Shown here: in pieces, positions 1 through 9,921 of the stretch
Position numbering within the stretch: position 1 is the stretch's first letter
Layout: each line of letters opens with the position of its first letter
Origin: a bacterium
GTDB taxonomy: Bacteria; Hinthialibacterota; Hinthialibacteria; Hinthialibacterales; Hinthialibacteraceae
Reading direction: 5' to 3'
Length of the DNA: 64,000 nt
NCBI GenBank assembly: GCA_963662285.2
Contig: CAXXMV010000002.1
Span: 1,216,001-1,280,000 of the forward strand
Position numbers and translations under genes: made by a program
Notes under the pieces: model-generated
Told to the model about the DNA's origin: nothing
Seen by the model: only the letters and a program-made list of their open reading frames with translations
The model's database searches: none

Positions 1-964
1 TACCTACTATTTCCGGTTCTGAATCCAGGGAAACAATGCCTGATGTGGTCCAAGGACCGGTTCGTTCGGGGTATGTCGGACCAAAAAGGGCAATATTGGG
101 CATCTTAAGCGCTCCTGCAATCTGGATTGGCCCGGTATCTCCTCCAATGCATATTCCCGCCGATCTGATAAGTTCAACTAATTCAGGGATATCCGTTTGG
201 GGGCCGATGATAATTTTATTTCCTGCATTTGCTGGAATCATCTGCTTAAGTTGTTCATCTTTCCCCGGAGTCCATGAGAATACAACGCGATAGCCTGTTT
301 GAGACAGTTCTTGGGCTAATCGGGTGAAATGCTGTTGCGGCCACTCTTTTTCCCGGCGTCCGCAGAATGGAAATAACAGGCAATAACCTTTCTCTGATAG
401 ATCATGAACTCGAAGCCATTCAAGTATAGGGCGTTGGGCGAATGGGTCAGGATTAAGTGGAAAGCGTGGCTCGCTTATTTCGATGCCTAGAGCAGTGAGC
501 AGGTTCAGGTTGCGTATGATGATATGCTTCATGTCGGCTGGATGGTTAACCGGATGATTGTTGAGCCACTGGCTGATCTCTTTTGCTTCACCCTGACCAT
601 GTCCGATGCGGTGAGGCGCCCGGGTTAAAAAAGATAGAGTTGCGCTTTTGGTATTACTCTGCGCATCAACCACCAGATCGAAGCGCCGCATGCGCAACCG
701 GCGCGCTAAGCGTAATGCTTCAGTGGTTTTATTCCAGTTTGATCTCATCTCTTTCCATCTGTGACGGGGGAAAACGATAATTTCATCAATACCGGGAATA
801 TTGCGTATCAATGGCGCATAATTGTCCTGAATAGCCCATGCGATATGTTTATCAGGGAATCTCTGACGTAAAGCGGTGAAAACCGGGATCGAAGCGACGC
901 AGTCTCCCAACGCTGAAAGTCTTACTATTAATATACGCTCTATTTTATCAAGGTCTATTTTCAT
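1..964 (-). CDS. Glycosyltransferase family 9 (LPS heptosyltransferase, WaaC/WaaF-like), 3' end outside the window
   Basis: Absent from the ORF track. Manual translation from the ATG at 964 gives MKIDLDKIERILIVRLSALGDCVASIPVFTALRQRFPDKHIAW. GGDTGPIQIAGALKMPNIALFGPTYPERTGPW lies in the same frame. Both are GT9 motifs. Confidence 0.9.
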   Translation of the reverse strand, partial: MKIDLDKIERILIVRLSALGDCVASIPVFTALRQRFPDKHIAWAIQDNYAPLIRNIPGIDEIIVFPRHRWKEMRSNWNKTTEALRLARRLRMRRFDLVVDAQSNTKSATLSFLTRAPHRIGHGQGEAKEISQWLNNHPVNHPADMKHIIIRNLNLLTALGIEISEPRFPLNPDPFAQRPILEWLRVHDLSEKGYCLLFPFCGRREKEWPQQHFTRLAQELSQTGYRVVFSWTPGKDEQLKQMIPANAGNKIIIGPQTDIPELVELIRSAGICIGGDTGPIQIAGALKMPNIALFGPTYPERTGPWTTSGIVSLDSEPEIVG

Positions 965-1260
965 AGAAGAAAGATGCTCAAGGCCATCGTCGGTTCGGAT
1001 TTGAGTAAATTATATGTAAGATAAAATCTCTTGGAATAAAATACTCATTATTTTTATGCTATTCTATTAGAAATAGAATAGGAAGAAGCATCTACCGGAA
1101 AAAAAGATAATATCATTCGGCATGCTTCTATAACGAAGGATAAGCATGAAAAGGTTCATTCTTTTCCACATATATCTGTAAGAACACTTGCCAAGGCGGT
1201 GTTTTTTGCGTAAAAAGTTAAATTGAACGTGATTTTATTTCTTAAAAGGTGCCGTAATAG

Positions 1261-1884
1261 ATGGAATTAAAACTGGATAACCAACTGATTGATGTTTGTG
1301 AAAGCGATGATGTTTCTGTGCAGCAGGTCATTGAGCGCGTATCTAATGACCTGAAGGACAGTAAACGCGTGATTAGTGAGATATCTGTAAATGGCCGCGT
1401 CATGGGGGGGATGGATGATCCACTTTGCGCAGAATTAACGGTTGGTACATGCCAGAGCGTGGTTTTAATTTCAGAAGAGCCGCGCCGCCTGGCTCATAAA
1501 GTGCTCTACGATATCGCAGGGTATATGCCCAAAATTCAGGAAGCGCTGGTTGAGACCTCCAATTTGATTCAATCCCGCAAAGAAGAACAAGGTCTTAGAA
1601 TGCTGGAGCAGGTCACTTCAACCTGGTCGGAGTTATACCAGGGATTCGGCAATGCACTGATCGTAACCGGGCTTGATCTTGATTCTGTGTCTGTTAAAGG
1701 AAAAACTTTTACAAGCGTCAACGATGATATTCAACAACTATTAGAAAGCATCTCAGACCTGGTTGAAGAACAAAGGTTTCTGGAATTATCCGATATGCTG
1801 GAATACGAACTGGCGCCCAAAATGCCCCTGGTCGAAGAAGGCATCTACCAACTAGTCAAGGAACTGGAAAAGGGCGTTAATTGA
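1261..1884 (+). CDS. Hypothetical protein, helical, 207 aa
   Basis: Clean ORF divergent from the GT9 gene. No family recognised. Confidence 0.75.
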   Translation: MELKLDNQLIDVCESDDVSVQQVIERVSNDLKDSKRVISEISVNGRVMGGMDDPLCAELTVGTCQSVVLISEEPRRLAHKVLYDIAGYMPKIQEALVETSNLIQSRKEEQGLRMLEQVTSTWSELYQGFGNALIVTGLDLDSVSVKGKTFTSVNDDIQQLLESISDLVEEQRFLELSDMLEYELAPKMPLVEEGIYQLVKELEKGVN

Positions 1885-1894
1885 TTTGTCGAAG

Positions 1895-2206
1895 TTAATC
1901 TGCTTTTGTTTCAGGAACAATAGAAAGACGCAATCCTGTAGCCCGCAAAACCTTGGTCAATGTTTAAAGTTTTGGATTTCCTGTTTTTGAAAGTGATTTA
2001 TATAGACTTTCCCGCCCTAAACTGGTTTTTTCGGCCAGGACGGATATACCGCCCAGACGCGCGTCAGCCACATTTTTCAAAGCAAGTTTGAACAATTCCA
2101 TATCCCCATCTGCAAGGCATTCTTCCAGATACAACGCCGCACATTCCGGGTCTTTTAATAATTCGTTGCTTAATTCCTTAAAAGGTCTACTCGCTTTTCT
2201 AGCCAT
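1895..2206 (-). pseudogene. Addiction-module antidote (HI1420-like HTH antitoxin) interrupted by an in-frame TAA at 1964-1966
   Basis: MARKASRPF...LAEKTSLGRESLYKSLSKTGNPKL*TLTKVLRATGLRLSIVPETKAD*. The family-typical C-terminus continues in frame after the stop. Confidence 0.8.
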
Positions 2207-2268
2207 GATTTTCTGTTCTTTCAATTGTCCTTGGCTCTTGGTGCGCAATACTATTAAATTCAACAATC

Positions 2269-2325
2269 ACCCAATCATATCAAATCCAGTTCATCCTTCC
2301 ATCCTGAGTATCCAGATTCAGACAA
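2269..2325. repeat. 57-bp direct repeat, copy 1
   Basis: acccaatcatatcaaatccagttcatccttccatcctgagtatccagattcagacaa, 53/57 identical to 2937-2993. Confidence 0.9.
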
Positions 2326-2445
2326 GTAATAATCTTGTTAATATTATATCATGAGGGATATCCGTTTCTGGATATAGTGGGTGGTTCTTTAGTGAGTCGG
2401 AAAGGCTTAGTTACCCTAAGCGCTGTCAGCCGGAAATAAAAATGC

Positions 2446-2474
2446 TTGACGAATGATGACAAAAATGTCATCAT
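2446..2474 (+). promoter_or_regulatory. Putative promoter with palindromic operator of the TA locus
   Basis: TTGACG at 2446, then the inverted repeat ATGATGACA-aaaa-TGTCATCAT (2453-2474) just upstream of the toxin remnant and XRE gene. Confidence 0.6.
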
Positions 2475-2477
2475 CTC

Positions 2478-2525
2478 ATGTCAATACGGAATAGGATTAA
2501 CAAGTTGAAAGAGGCGCTCTTATGA
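2478..2525 (+). pseudogene. Probable internally deleted HigB/RelE-type toxin remnant (15-aa mini-ORF)
   Basis: MSIRNRINKLKEALL* overlaps the antitoxin start (ATGA) and resembles the C-terminal helix of Gp49/HigB-type toxins. Confidence 0.5.
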
Positions 2526-2836
2526 CTGAAAAAATCGAAATCGTCCGTGGTAGTGGAAACCTCTACAAAGACCTTGGATATCCAGATGCGGATGTACGTC
2601 AGGCGAAAGTTTTACTTGCTTCGAAAATCATTGGCATTTTAGAGGAACGGGAACTTTCCACTCGTCAAGCGGCAGGATTAACAGGCGTTGATCAAAGCGA
2701 ATTTGTAAGGCTTCGCAAACCTGAACTGAAACGTTTCACCATTGACCGGTTGATTACGATCCTGAATAAATTGGATCAAACTGTTGATGTGTCTTTCAAC
2801 GTAGAATTAAATCCTATGCTTGAACGTCAGGGATAA
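2522..2836 (+). CDS. XRE-family HTH protein (HigA-like antitoxin)
   Basis: GSGNLYKDLGYPDA N-terminus and HTH LSTRQAAGLTGVDQSEF...FTIDRL. Confidence 0.85.
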   Translation: MTEKIEIVRGSGNLYKDLGYPDADVRQAKVLLASKIIGILEERELSTRQAAGLTGVDQSEFVRLRKPELKRFTIDRLITILNKLDQTVDVSFNVELNPMLERQG

Positions 2837-2876
2837 AGTGAAGACTTTGAGGCGTATACTTAATCGTGGGTGGTTT

Positions 2877-2917
2877 ATCAAGGGCTGACCGCATTGCGGT
2901 CTTGCCCTTGGCGCCCG
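2877..2917 (+). repeat. REP-like palindrome, family A, copy 1
   Basis: atcaagggctgaccgcattgcggtcttgcccttggcgcccg. Related copies at 26117 (reverse) and 50381. Confidence 0.85.
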
Positions 2918-2936
2918 GCTATTAATTATTACAACT

Positions 2937-2993
2937 ACCCAATCATATAAAATCCAAGTCATCCTTCCATCCAGAGTATCCAGATTCAGACAA
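2937..2993. repeat. 57-bp direct repeat, copy 2
   Basis: Matches 2269-2325 with 4 mismatches. Confidence 0.9.
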
Positions 2994-3128
2994 ATAACCA
3001 CCCAGACCAAAATAAAGTTCAGTATTTGTCGCTTGGTATTCCGTAAATAATCGGATGTGTTTACTATATTGATGCCGTTATCTTATCTCGAAAATAGCTA
3101 ATCAAATTTTATCCACCGGGGGAAACCA

Positions 3129-4751
3129 ATGAATCTACGATACTATTCGATACTCATCCTTCTTTTTATTGTCATTCCGATATGGTCAGAAGAACGTCCA
3201 GACTCAGAAATCTGTATGGTGCAGATGCGGGATGGCTTAAAATTGGCTACTAAAATTTATTTTCCAGAGGAAGGAGACGGTCCCTGGCCGATTCTATTGT
3301 CTCGAACTCCTTATGGAAAAGGCACACGTGAAGAGCATGAAAAGTTCTTATCGAAAGGAATTATAGTCATAATTCAAGAAGTACGTGGGACAGGAGATTC
3401 TGAAGGTACGTTCGACTTACTTGCTTCGAGTGGTTGGGGAGAAAAGCAAGATGGTTTTGATACCGTCGAATGGATTATGGCTCAACCGTGGTGTAATGGT
3501 AAGATCGCAACATTCGGTGGTTCAGCTGTAGGACATACACAAATTTTATTAGCCGGTACTGGTCCTGGAGGGCTAGTTGGGCAACATATTATCGTCGCAT
3601 CCATTGGAAGTTACCGCACCTATTATAAGGGAGGAGTGTTCCGTAAATTGTTCGTTGAGACCATTACTGGCTGGTATCGAGGTCAAGATCAAGTATTGAA
3701 TACTGTAAGGTCGCACTATACATACGATGATTATTGGAAAACACAAAACTTGGCCGAGCGCGCCGACCGGGTCAATTGGCCTGTTTTATTGAAAACGGGC
3801 TGGTTTGATTTAGGTCTGCAAGGAGCCATTGATACCTATAACACGATTCGAAGTAGGGGCGGTTCAAAAGCGCGGAATCAAGTTTGCTTGACCATATGTC
3901 CATGTGGGCATGGAATAGAGGCCGGACAGTTTAAATTTCCCGAAGAGATCATATCGTTATTGGACGAGGTTCCTTATGAGGACTATTTCCATTGGTTATT
4001 GGATAGCCCCGCACCGGACAAGATTCCGGCTATCAAATACTTTACGATGGGTGAGAATCCTATCGGAAATTCGCCGGGAAACGAATGGAAGACGTCGCAA
4101 ACCTGGCCGCCGGAAAATTCCCGATTAATTCCGTTTTATCTCGCAGCCAATGATAATCTTAAGCAAAAAAAGTCAGAACCATCTAAAGTTAACTTCGTGT
4201 ATGATCCCAAAAATCCTGTACCTACAAACGGAGGGCAGGTTGCTTTTAACTTATTAGGTGCTTTTGACCAAAGCGAGTCTGAAAAGCGTGAGGATGTAAT
4301 CGTCTTCAGCACTCCGATTCTCAAGGAGCCAGTCGAGGTTACCGGACGAATGACCGCTGTACTCTATGTATCGACCAGCGCGGTCGATACGGATTTCACC
4401 ACCAAGATATGCGATGTTTATCCCGATGGCCGTAGTATGATGCTGACTCGCAGTATACGTCGTCTCAGTTTCCGTAACTCGTATGAGAAACACGAACTCG
4501 CAACACCGGGAAAAATCTATAAACTGGAAATTGATCTGCTATCCACTAGCATGGTCTTCAATACTGGCCACCGTATTCGAGTTGATATATCCAGCAGCAA
4601 CAGTCCCTGGTTAGAACCCAATCCCAATACAGGCGTTCCCAATGATAGCATCGAACATTCAATCAAAGCGAATCAGACCATTTATCTGGGAGGCGACCAT
4701 GCCTCCTATATTAATTTGCCCATTGTGGGATCGTTAGATGGTTTGAATTGA
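3129..4751 (+). CDS. Secreted CocE/NonD-family hydrolase (peptidase S15 fold)
   Basis: Signal peptide, MRDGLKL, RTPYGK, RGTGDSEG, nucleophile elbow GGSAVG, and C-terminal YDPxNPVPTxGG and GHRIRVDISSS motifs. Confidence 0.9.
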   Translation: MNLRYYSILILLFIVIPIWSEERPDSEICMVQMRDGLKLATKIYFPEEGDGPWPILLSRTPYGKGTREEHEKFLSKGIIVIIQEVRGTGDSEGTFDLLASSGWGEKQDGFDTVEWIMAQPWCNGKIATFGGSAVGHTQILLAGTGPGGLVGQHIIVASIGSYRTYYKGGVFRKLFVETITGWYRGQDQVLNTVRSHYTYDDYWKTQNLAERADRVNWPVLLKTGWFDLGLQGAIDTYNTIRSRGGSKARNQVCLTICPCGHGIEAGQFKFPEEIISLLDEVPYEDYFHWLLDSPAPDKIPAIKYFTMGENPIGNSPGNEWKTSQTWPPENSRLIPFYLAANDNLKQKKSEPSKVNFVYDPKNPVPTNGGQVAFNLLGAFDQSESEKREDVIVFSTPILKEPVEVTGRMTAVLYVSTSAVDTDFTTKICDVYPDGRSMMLTRSIRRLSFRNSYEKHELATPGKIYKLEIDLLSTSMVFNTGHRIRVDISSSNSPWLEPNPNTGVPNDSIEHSIKANQTIYLGGDHASYINLPIVGSLDGLN

Positions 4752-4839
4752 TTGGTTAATCCAAGGCGGCGGAATTTGTATTGTTTCAAGCCTTCGCCCG
4801 AAGGCTTGATTTTACTGATTCTCCAGATTTACTTCATCT

Positions 4840-6222
4840 ATGAAAGTTCTACTGCTTAATCCCTGGATTCATGATTTTGCTGCTTTTGATCATTGGACCC
4901 GTCCGCTTAATCTGCTGCGTCTGGCCTCGCTGCTGCTCAAGTGTGGTTGTGAGGTGGACTTCTATGATTGCCTGAATCGACGATCCCCTGATCTCAATGG
5001 ATTTTCCGCTCCTCAACGGCATCGGTTGAATCCCTGGGGATGCGGGCATTATTATCGTGAATCTATTCCATTGCCGGAAATTCTCGAATTCGTACCGCGT
5101 CAATATAAACGTTACGGCGTTCCACCTGAGCGGGTCAAGCAGAGTTTGCAGCAATTGGATCAACCGGACGTGGTAGTGATTTCCACTATGATGACCTATT
5201 GGTATCCGGGCGTATTTGAAGCGGTGAAAATGATGCGCCAGGTGTTTCCCAAAGCCAAGGTTATCATCGGGGGGATATATGCTGTTCTGTGCAAGGAACA
5301 TGCTGAGCAATATTCCGGCGCCGATGCGGTAGTCAGTGGGCCTCATTGGCCTTCAATCGTGAATCAGATACTGGAAATTGCTGGTGACTCCAGTAATCCA
5401 TGCGCAGGCGACCAAAGCACATGGATTGAACCTTGCTACGATTATATTAAAGGCGATCCGTGTTTGCCGCTGCTTACTTCTACTGGATGCCCGTGTCATT
5501 GCGTGTATTGCGCGACCCATGAATTATGGCCTAAGTGCGTGCAATACGGCCATGATGATATTATCAATTCTATTGAGCGCATGGAGTATGAATTCGGCGC
5601 TACCGATGCGGCTTTCTATGATGATGCTCTACTTATAAATAAAGAGACTCATATGATTCCTCTGATGGAAACCATAATCCAAAGAGAATGCCATATTCGT
5701 TTTCATACTCCAAACGCCCTGCATGTGCGGCAGATCAACCGTGAGACGGCCCATCTCATGAAGCGGGCCGGATTCGTTACGGTTCGCCTGGGTCTCGAAG
5801 TGGTTGAAAAAGATTTGCAGAAAGAGACCGGCGGAAAAGTATATACTGAGGAATACATCCAGGCAGTGCGATACCTGCGCCAAGCAGGTTTCAGCGGGCG
5901 GGAAATCGGGACGTATATATTGTATGGCATGCCGGGGCAGACAATTGAATCGGTTTGGGAAGCTTGCCAATTGGTAGTAGAGCAGGGAAGCGAAGTCAAA
6001 CTTGCCATGTATTCTCCCATTCCCAAAACGCCGGTTTTTGAAAAATCAGTGGATGATTTTATCTTTGATCCAGGCAGTGATCCCTTGCTTCATAACAGTT
6101 CTCTGGCGCCTTGGCGTTCACGATCTATCCCCTATGAACGCTATCAGGAGATGAAAAAACAAGTTGCTTTTCTCAATCAAAATGTAAGAAAAACCCCTTC
6201 TGAAGGGGCTAAAACGAGATAA
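4840..6222 (+). CDS. Cobalamin-binding radical SAM protein
   Basis: N-terminal B12-binding-like domain (IIGGIYA), CxxxCxxC motif GCPCHCVYC, FYDD. Confidence 0.9.
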   Translation: MKVLLLNPWIHDFAAFDHWTRPLNLLRLASLLLKCGCEVDFYDCLNRRSPDLNGFSAPQRHRLNPWGCGHYYRESIPLPEILEFVPRQYKRYGVPPERVKQSLQQLDQPDVVVISTMMTYWYPGVFEAVKMMRQVFPKAKVIIGGIYAVLCKEHAEQYSGADAVVSGPHWPSIVNQILEIAGDSSNPCAGDQSTWIEPCYDYIKGDPCLPLLTSTGCPCHCVYCATHELWPKCVQYGHDDIINSIERMEYEFGATDAAFYDDALLINKETHMIPLMETIIQRECHIRFHTPNALHVRQINRETAHLMKRAGFVTVRLGLEVVEKDLQKETGGKVYTEEYIQAVRYLRQAGFSGREIGTYILYGMPGQTIESVWEACQLVVEQGSEVKLAMYSPIPKTPVFEKSVDDFIFDPGSDPLLHNSSLAPWRSRSIPYERYQEMKKQVAFLNQNVRKTPSEGAKTR

Positions 6223-6352
6223 TTTCGCAAAAATAACGGAAAAACGAGGATTTTTCAGGATTTTTTAATATTTTTGCTTGACGGATATTTAAAAATATGT
6301 AAATTACATTAGGTAAAATATAATTCGTACAATCATACAAAGGAGAATAGTT

Positions 6353-6682
6353 ATGGTAAGGAAAGCCGCAGCCAAAAAAACCACCGAAAAAACCACTACT
6401 GCCAAGAAACCAATTACAAAAGCGCAGTTGGTGACTCAACTGGCCGAATCATGTGAATTAACCAAAAAGCAGGTTGGTGATCTGCTGGCTGAACTGGCTG
6501 CCGTGGGATACAAAGAAGCCAAGAAAGGCTTCACTCTCCCCGGTTTTGGCAAATTGATTGTTGTTAAGCGCAAGGCGCGTATGGGTCGTAATCCTGCGAC
6601 AGGCGAAACAATCAAGATACCGGCCAAGACAGTGCTCAAATTCCGTATTGCCAAAGCTTGTAAAGACGCAGTTTTAGGATAA
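6353..6682 (+). CDS. hup: HU-family DNA-binding protein with a Lys/Thr-rich N-terminal extension
   Basis: LPGFGK...RKARMGRNPATGETIKIPAK. Strong RBS AAGGAG. Confidence 0.95.
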   Translation: MVRKAAAKKTTEKTTTAKKPITKAQLVTQLAESCELTKKQVGDLLAELAAVGYKEAKKGFTLPGFGKLIVVKRKARMGRNPATGETIKIPAKTVLKFRIAKACKDAVLG

Positions 6683-6780
6683 CGCAATTTACTAGTTAAT
6701 TGTTAAATCTGGGTTGAGGGACCTTCTTTTTCAGTTAACCTAGGTGCGGCCTACGGATAAAGACTAGGATTTTCGTTACT

Positions 6781-6825
6781 CCCCCCTCTTCTTCCAATAT
6801 AGATATGGAAGGAGGGGGTTTTTTT
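6781..6825 (+). terminator. Probable intrinsic terminator after hup
   Basis: ccccctcttcttcca...tggaaggaggggg hairpin followed by a T-run. Confidence 0.65.
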
Positions 6826-6915
6826 ATTTTAATGCATTTTGGATTTTTGTAATGTTTTGGATATTGGTGGTGTTATATAGAGAGAGTCATTTTATTCCAA
6901 GGAGGCATCCCATCA

Positions 6916-8007
6916 ATGAAGAATCGCGCAAGAATAATATTCATGGCAGTTTTAATTTTCTTATTATGCGGCATGGGTTTATTATCGATTCTTTTTCCAA
7001 ATGAAGAATTGCCGCCTCTACCAACTCGACAGCCGGATTTTGAAATTAAACTTATGAATCCTTCATGCGTCGCTTTCTCTCCTGATGGGAAGCAGATTGC
7101 TATCGGGCATATGGATGGTTGGGATCTGTTTGATTTTAATACTAGAGAGATGGTTGATAAGCATAGATGGAAAGAATCTTATGTTTCTCAAATATCCTTC
7201 TCGCCGGATGGAAGGAGATTGCTAACTTCCAGGGACGACGAAAATATAATTCTGTGGGATATCGAAACAAAGAAAGAACTATTCAGATTAGATAAAATAG
7301 GCTTTTGCACTTCAATAGGTTTTTCTTTGGATGGAAGCAAAATAGTTGCGGCGGTTGGCCAGCGTGTACCTACCCCTGGATATGCTGCGATTTGGGATAT
7401 CAAGACCGGGAAATCGGAAAGTGTTTTCCGTACATCATGTAACCGGGCAGTTTACGCCCCGGATCAAAAATCGGTGGTTTTAACCCATGTTAACCAGGTC
7501 GAAAGGTGGGGTATTGACATAGAAGATAAAGTTAAAGATATCGCCGTATTCAAACAGGGTATAGTTGCGTCCGGTTTTTCTGTTGATGGCAAGCAGATGT
7601 TGGCAGCATTATTTAATGCTCCGGCAAAACTGATTGATATTGAATCCGGAAGTATCTTAAAGGAATTCAAGAATACCAAGGGTTGGTTGAAATTCGCTGG
7701 TTTATCCCAAAATAGCTCCTTTGCCCTGGTAGGTGATTCAGGCGGGATTCCTATGAAGGCTTCAAAAGCCGATATCTTGGACAAGATACCTTTTTCCGAG
7801 GTAGTATACCCAAGAAGATGTAAAGGCGGCCTCTATGTTTATTCGACTGCTTCTGGAGAAGGAATAGTAAGATTGGCGGGATATGATATGTGGTATAGTT
7901 TTGCTCTCTCCGCTGATCGATCAATGGCGGCTGGGGTCACGCAAGGCTCCGTCTGCTTTTGGGATATCAGCAATATTGTTGACGATACGGTTGCTGATTC
8001 GGAATAG
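6916..8007 (+). CDS. Membrane-anchored WD40-repeat protein, paralog 1
   Basis: N-terminal TM helix and repeated FSPDG...LWD motifs. Confidence 0.9.
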   Translation: MKNRARIIFMAVLIFLLCGMGLLSILFPNEELPPLPTRQPDFEIKLMNPSCVAFSPDGKQIAIGHMDGWDLFDFNTREMVDKHRWKESYVSQISFSPDGRRLLTSRDDENIILWDIETKKELFRLDKIGFCTSIGFSLDGSKIVAAVGQRVPTPGYAAIWDIKTGKSESVFRTSCNRAVYAPDQKSVVLTHVNQVERWGIDIEDKVKDIAVFKQGIVASGFSVDGKQMLAALFNAPAKLIDIESGSILKEFKNTKGWLKFAGLSQNSSFALVGDSGGIPMKASKADILDKIPFSEVVYPRRCKGGLYVYSTASGEGIVRLAGYDMWYSFALSADRSMAAGVTQGSVCFWDISNIVDDTVADSE

Positions 8008-8072
8008 CGATTTGCACTATATATATACGTATGATTGGAATGTTTGGTTCATCATAGGAAGGAAGCGCATCC

Positions 8073-9338
8073 ATGAGAAAACGCATATTATTTACATTTC
8101 TGGCAGTGATAGTATTTCAAGGCTGTTTTGTATTAGTATTAATAATTCTTATCCCAGATAAAATAATCGCGCCTTGGCCCTCTCTGTCGCCGGATTTCGA
8201 GATAAAGCAATTGAATGCTTCGTGCTTGGTATTTTCTCCTAAAGGGAAACACATTGCTATAGCGCACATGGATGGTTGGCATCTGGTTGATTATCAAACG
8301 AGAGAGATTGTTTTTAAGCATAAATGGAAGAAGAAGATTTATATTTATCAAATTTGTTTCTCTCCCGATGGAAAACAAATTGCTATCGGGCATTCCGATG
8401 GTTGGGATGTGGTTGATTGTCAAACGCGGGAGATAGTTGTTAAGTATAGAGGGAAGGAAGATTATATTTCTCAAATGTGTTTCTCGCCGGATGGAAAGAA
8501 ACTACTGACGACTAACAAATACAATAATATCATCGTGTGGGATATTGAATCAAAGCAAGAACTATTCAGGATGGATGATATCGAATTCTGTTGTTCAAGC
8601 GGCTTTTCTTCAGATGGAACAAAAATAATTGCAGCGGTTGGAGGCTATTTTTCAAAAACTGGATATGGCGGGATTTGGGATATAGAGACAGGCGAACCGG
8701 AAAGAATTTTTGATACGAGATGCACCCAGGTAGATTACGCCCCGGATGAGAAAACGGTGATTTTAGCGAATTATAAGCAGATAGAAAGATGGGATGTTGA
8801 AATGGGAAAGAAGATAAACAATATAGCGGAGCTTAGGGGGGCGCTGCATGATATTAACTTTACTATTGATGGCAAGCAGATGATGGTTGGATTCTCGCAA
8901 CTTGGTAATGCAATACTAATTGATATTGAATCAGGGAGAATCTTGAAGGAATTTGAGATTCCCAGAGGAGATATAGTATTCTTAGGTTTATTAGAAAATG
9001 GCGCCTTTGCCCTGATAGGTAATACAGGTGTATCTCCGAAGAAGGATTCAGTTAAAAATCTATTAGATAAACTGCCTTTTTCTGATGTATTCACTCCAGC
9101 ATTTGATAAAGGTGGTCTCTCTGTTTATTCGACTTCTACAGGAGAAATAGTGGTTAGAATGGGTGGATACAATCATTGGCGTAGTTTCGCGCTTTCCCCG
9201 GATCGCTCAATTGCGGCTGGGATTGCTAAAGATTCCGTCTGCTTTTGGGATATCAGCAATATTTCCGGCGATGAGGTTTTTGATTTAGACTATATATATG
9301 TAGCCTGTTATAACTTTTTGAATGGCTGCCTTCATTAG
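8073..9338 (+). CDS. Membrane-anchored WD40-repeat protein, paralog 2
   Basis: Colinear paralog of 6916-8007 with one extra duplicated blade. Confidence 0.9.
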   Translation: MRKRILFTFLAVIVFQGCFVLVLIILIPDKIIAPWPSLSPDFEIKQLNASCLVFSPKGKHIAIAHMDGWHLVDYQTREIVFKHKWKKKIYIYQICFSPDGKQIAIGHSDGWDVVDCQTREIVVKYRGKEDYISQMCFSPDGKKLLTTNKYNNIIVWDIESKQELFRMDDIEFCCSSGFSSDGTKIIAAVGGYFSKTGYGGIWDIETGEPERIFDTRCTQVDYAPDEKTVILANYKQIERWDVEMGKKINNIAELRGALHDINFTIDGKQMMVGFSQLGNAILIDIESGRILKEFEIPRGDIVFLGLLENGAFALIGNTGVSPKKDSVKNLLDKLPFSDVFTPAFDKGGLSVYSTSTGEIVVRMGGYNHWRSFALSPDRSIAAGIAKDSVCFWDISNISGDEVFDLDYIYVACYNFLNGCLH

Positions 9339-9921
9339 TATTTTTAAGCCATTAATACTACTTACTTATATTTAGAAGGATTTTTGGAACCTTTCGGGTT
9401 ATTCAACAACCGATTTATAGGTTTCAGACATATATATAAGGTGAAATTAGCCGGAAACTGATTATGCAAACGCTTTTTATGGGGGTAGCCCATTAAATTA
9501 GGGCTTTTTGGAGTACTGTTATTGGGGTGAATCAGCTAATTCAGGGGGCAAAATCGGGATTATGGCAAACAAAGCAGGTCAGTAGCAGGTTATATGGAGG
9601 TAAATCAATCAAAAATGGCGAAAAAATGGATGGATTGGAGGGCGTTATCTAATAAAACATAAATAAATTCAAAATAAATACAATTTTTATCTCTTGTATT
9701 ATCAACACATTATGTGCCTTTTAGAAAATATTTGCAAATTATATGTTCACGGGGCTTCATCGGCGCCCCCATATCGCTATTATATGCTCCGCTTGGTAAA
9801 CAAAACGAAGCGAAGGGCGGACAGCGAAGAGCGCTCTTAACCTAGTAAACACAAAGGTTTAAGAAAATTCTTCGAAATCAAAACCAGGAAATAAAAACTT
9901 GAAGAAAGTTGATTGACTGGG

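Noticed and set aside
36-780. Plus-strand ORFs 36-293 and 583-780
   Set aside because: They are antisense shadows of the GT9 gene on the minus strand.
1964-1966. Stop-codon reassignment or programmed readthrough
   Set aside because: TAA, TAG and TGA all terminate intact genes normally elsewhere in the window, so a single nonsense mutation is simpler.
2269-2993. Possible CRISPR array
   Set aside because: Only two 57-bp copies about 610 bp apart, with no regular spacers and no cas genes.
2807-3010. Similar peptides (RARPQCGQPL / RARPHCGQPL) in small ORFs 2807-3010 and 50230-50469
   Set aside because: The similarity comes from translating the family-A DNA palindrome, not from a protein family.
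9339-9900. Long AT-rich non-coding stretch as a possible origin or ncRNA
   Set aside because: No DnaA-box cluster or recognisable RNA motif. It is adequately explained as the rrn upstream region.
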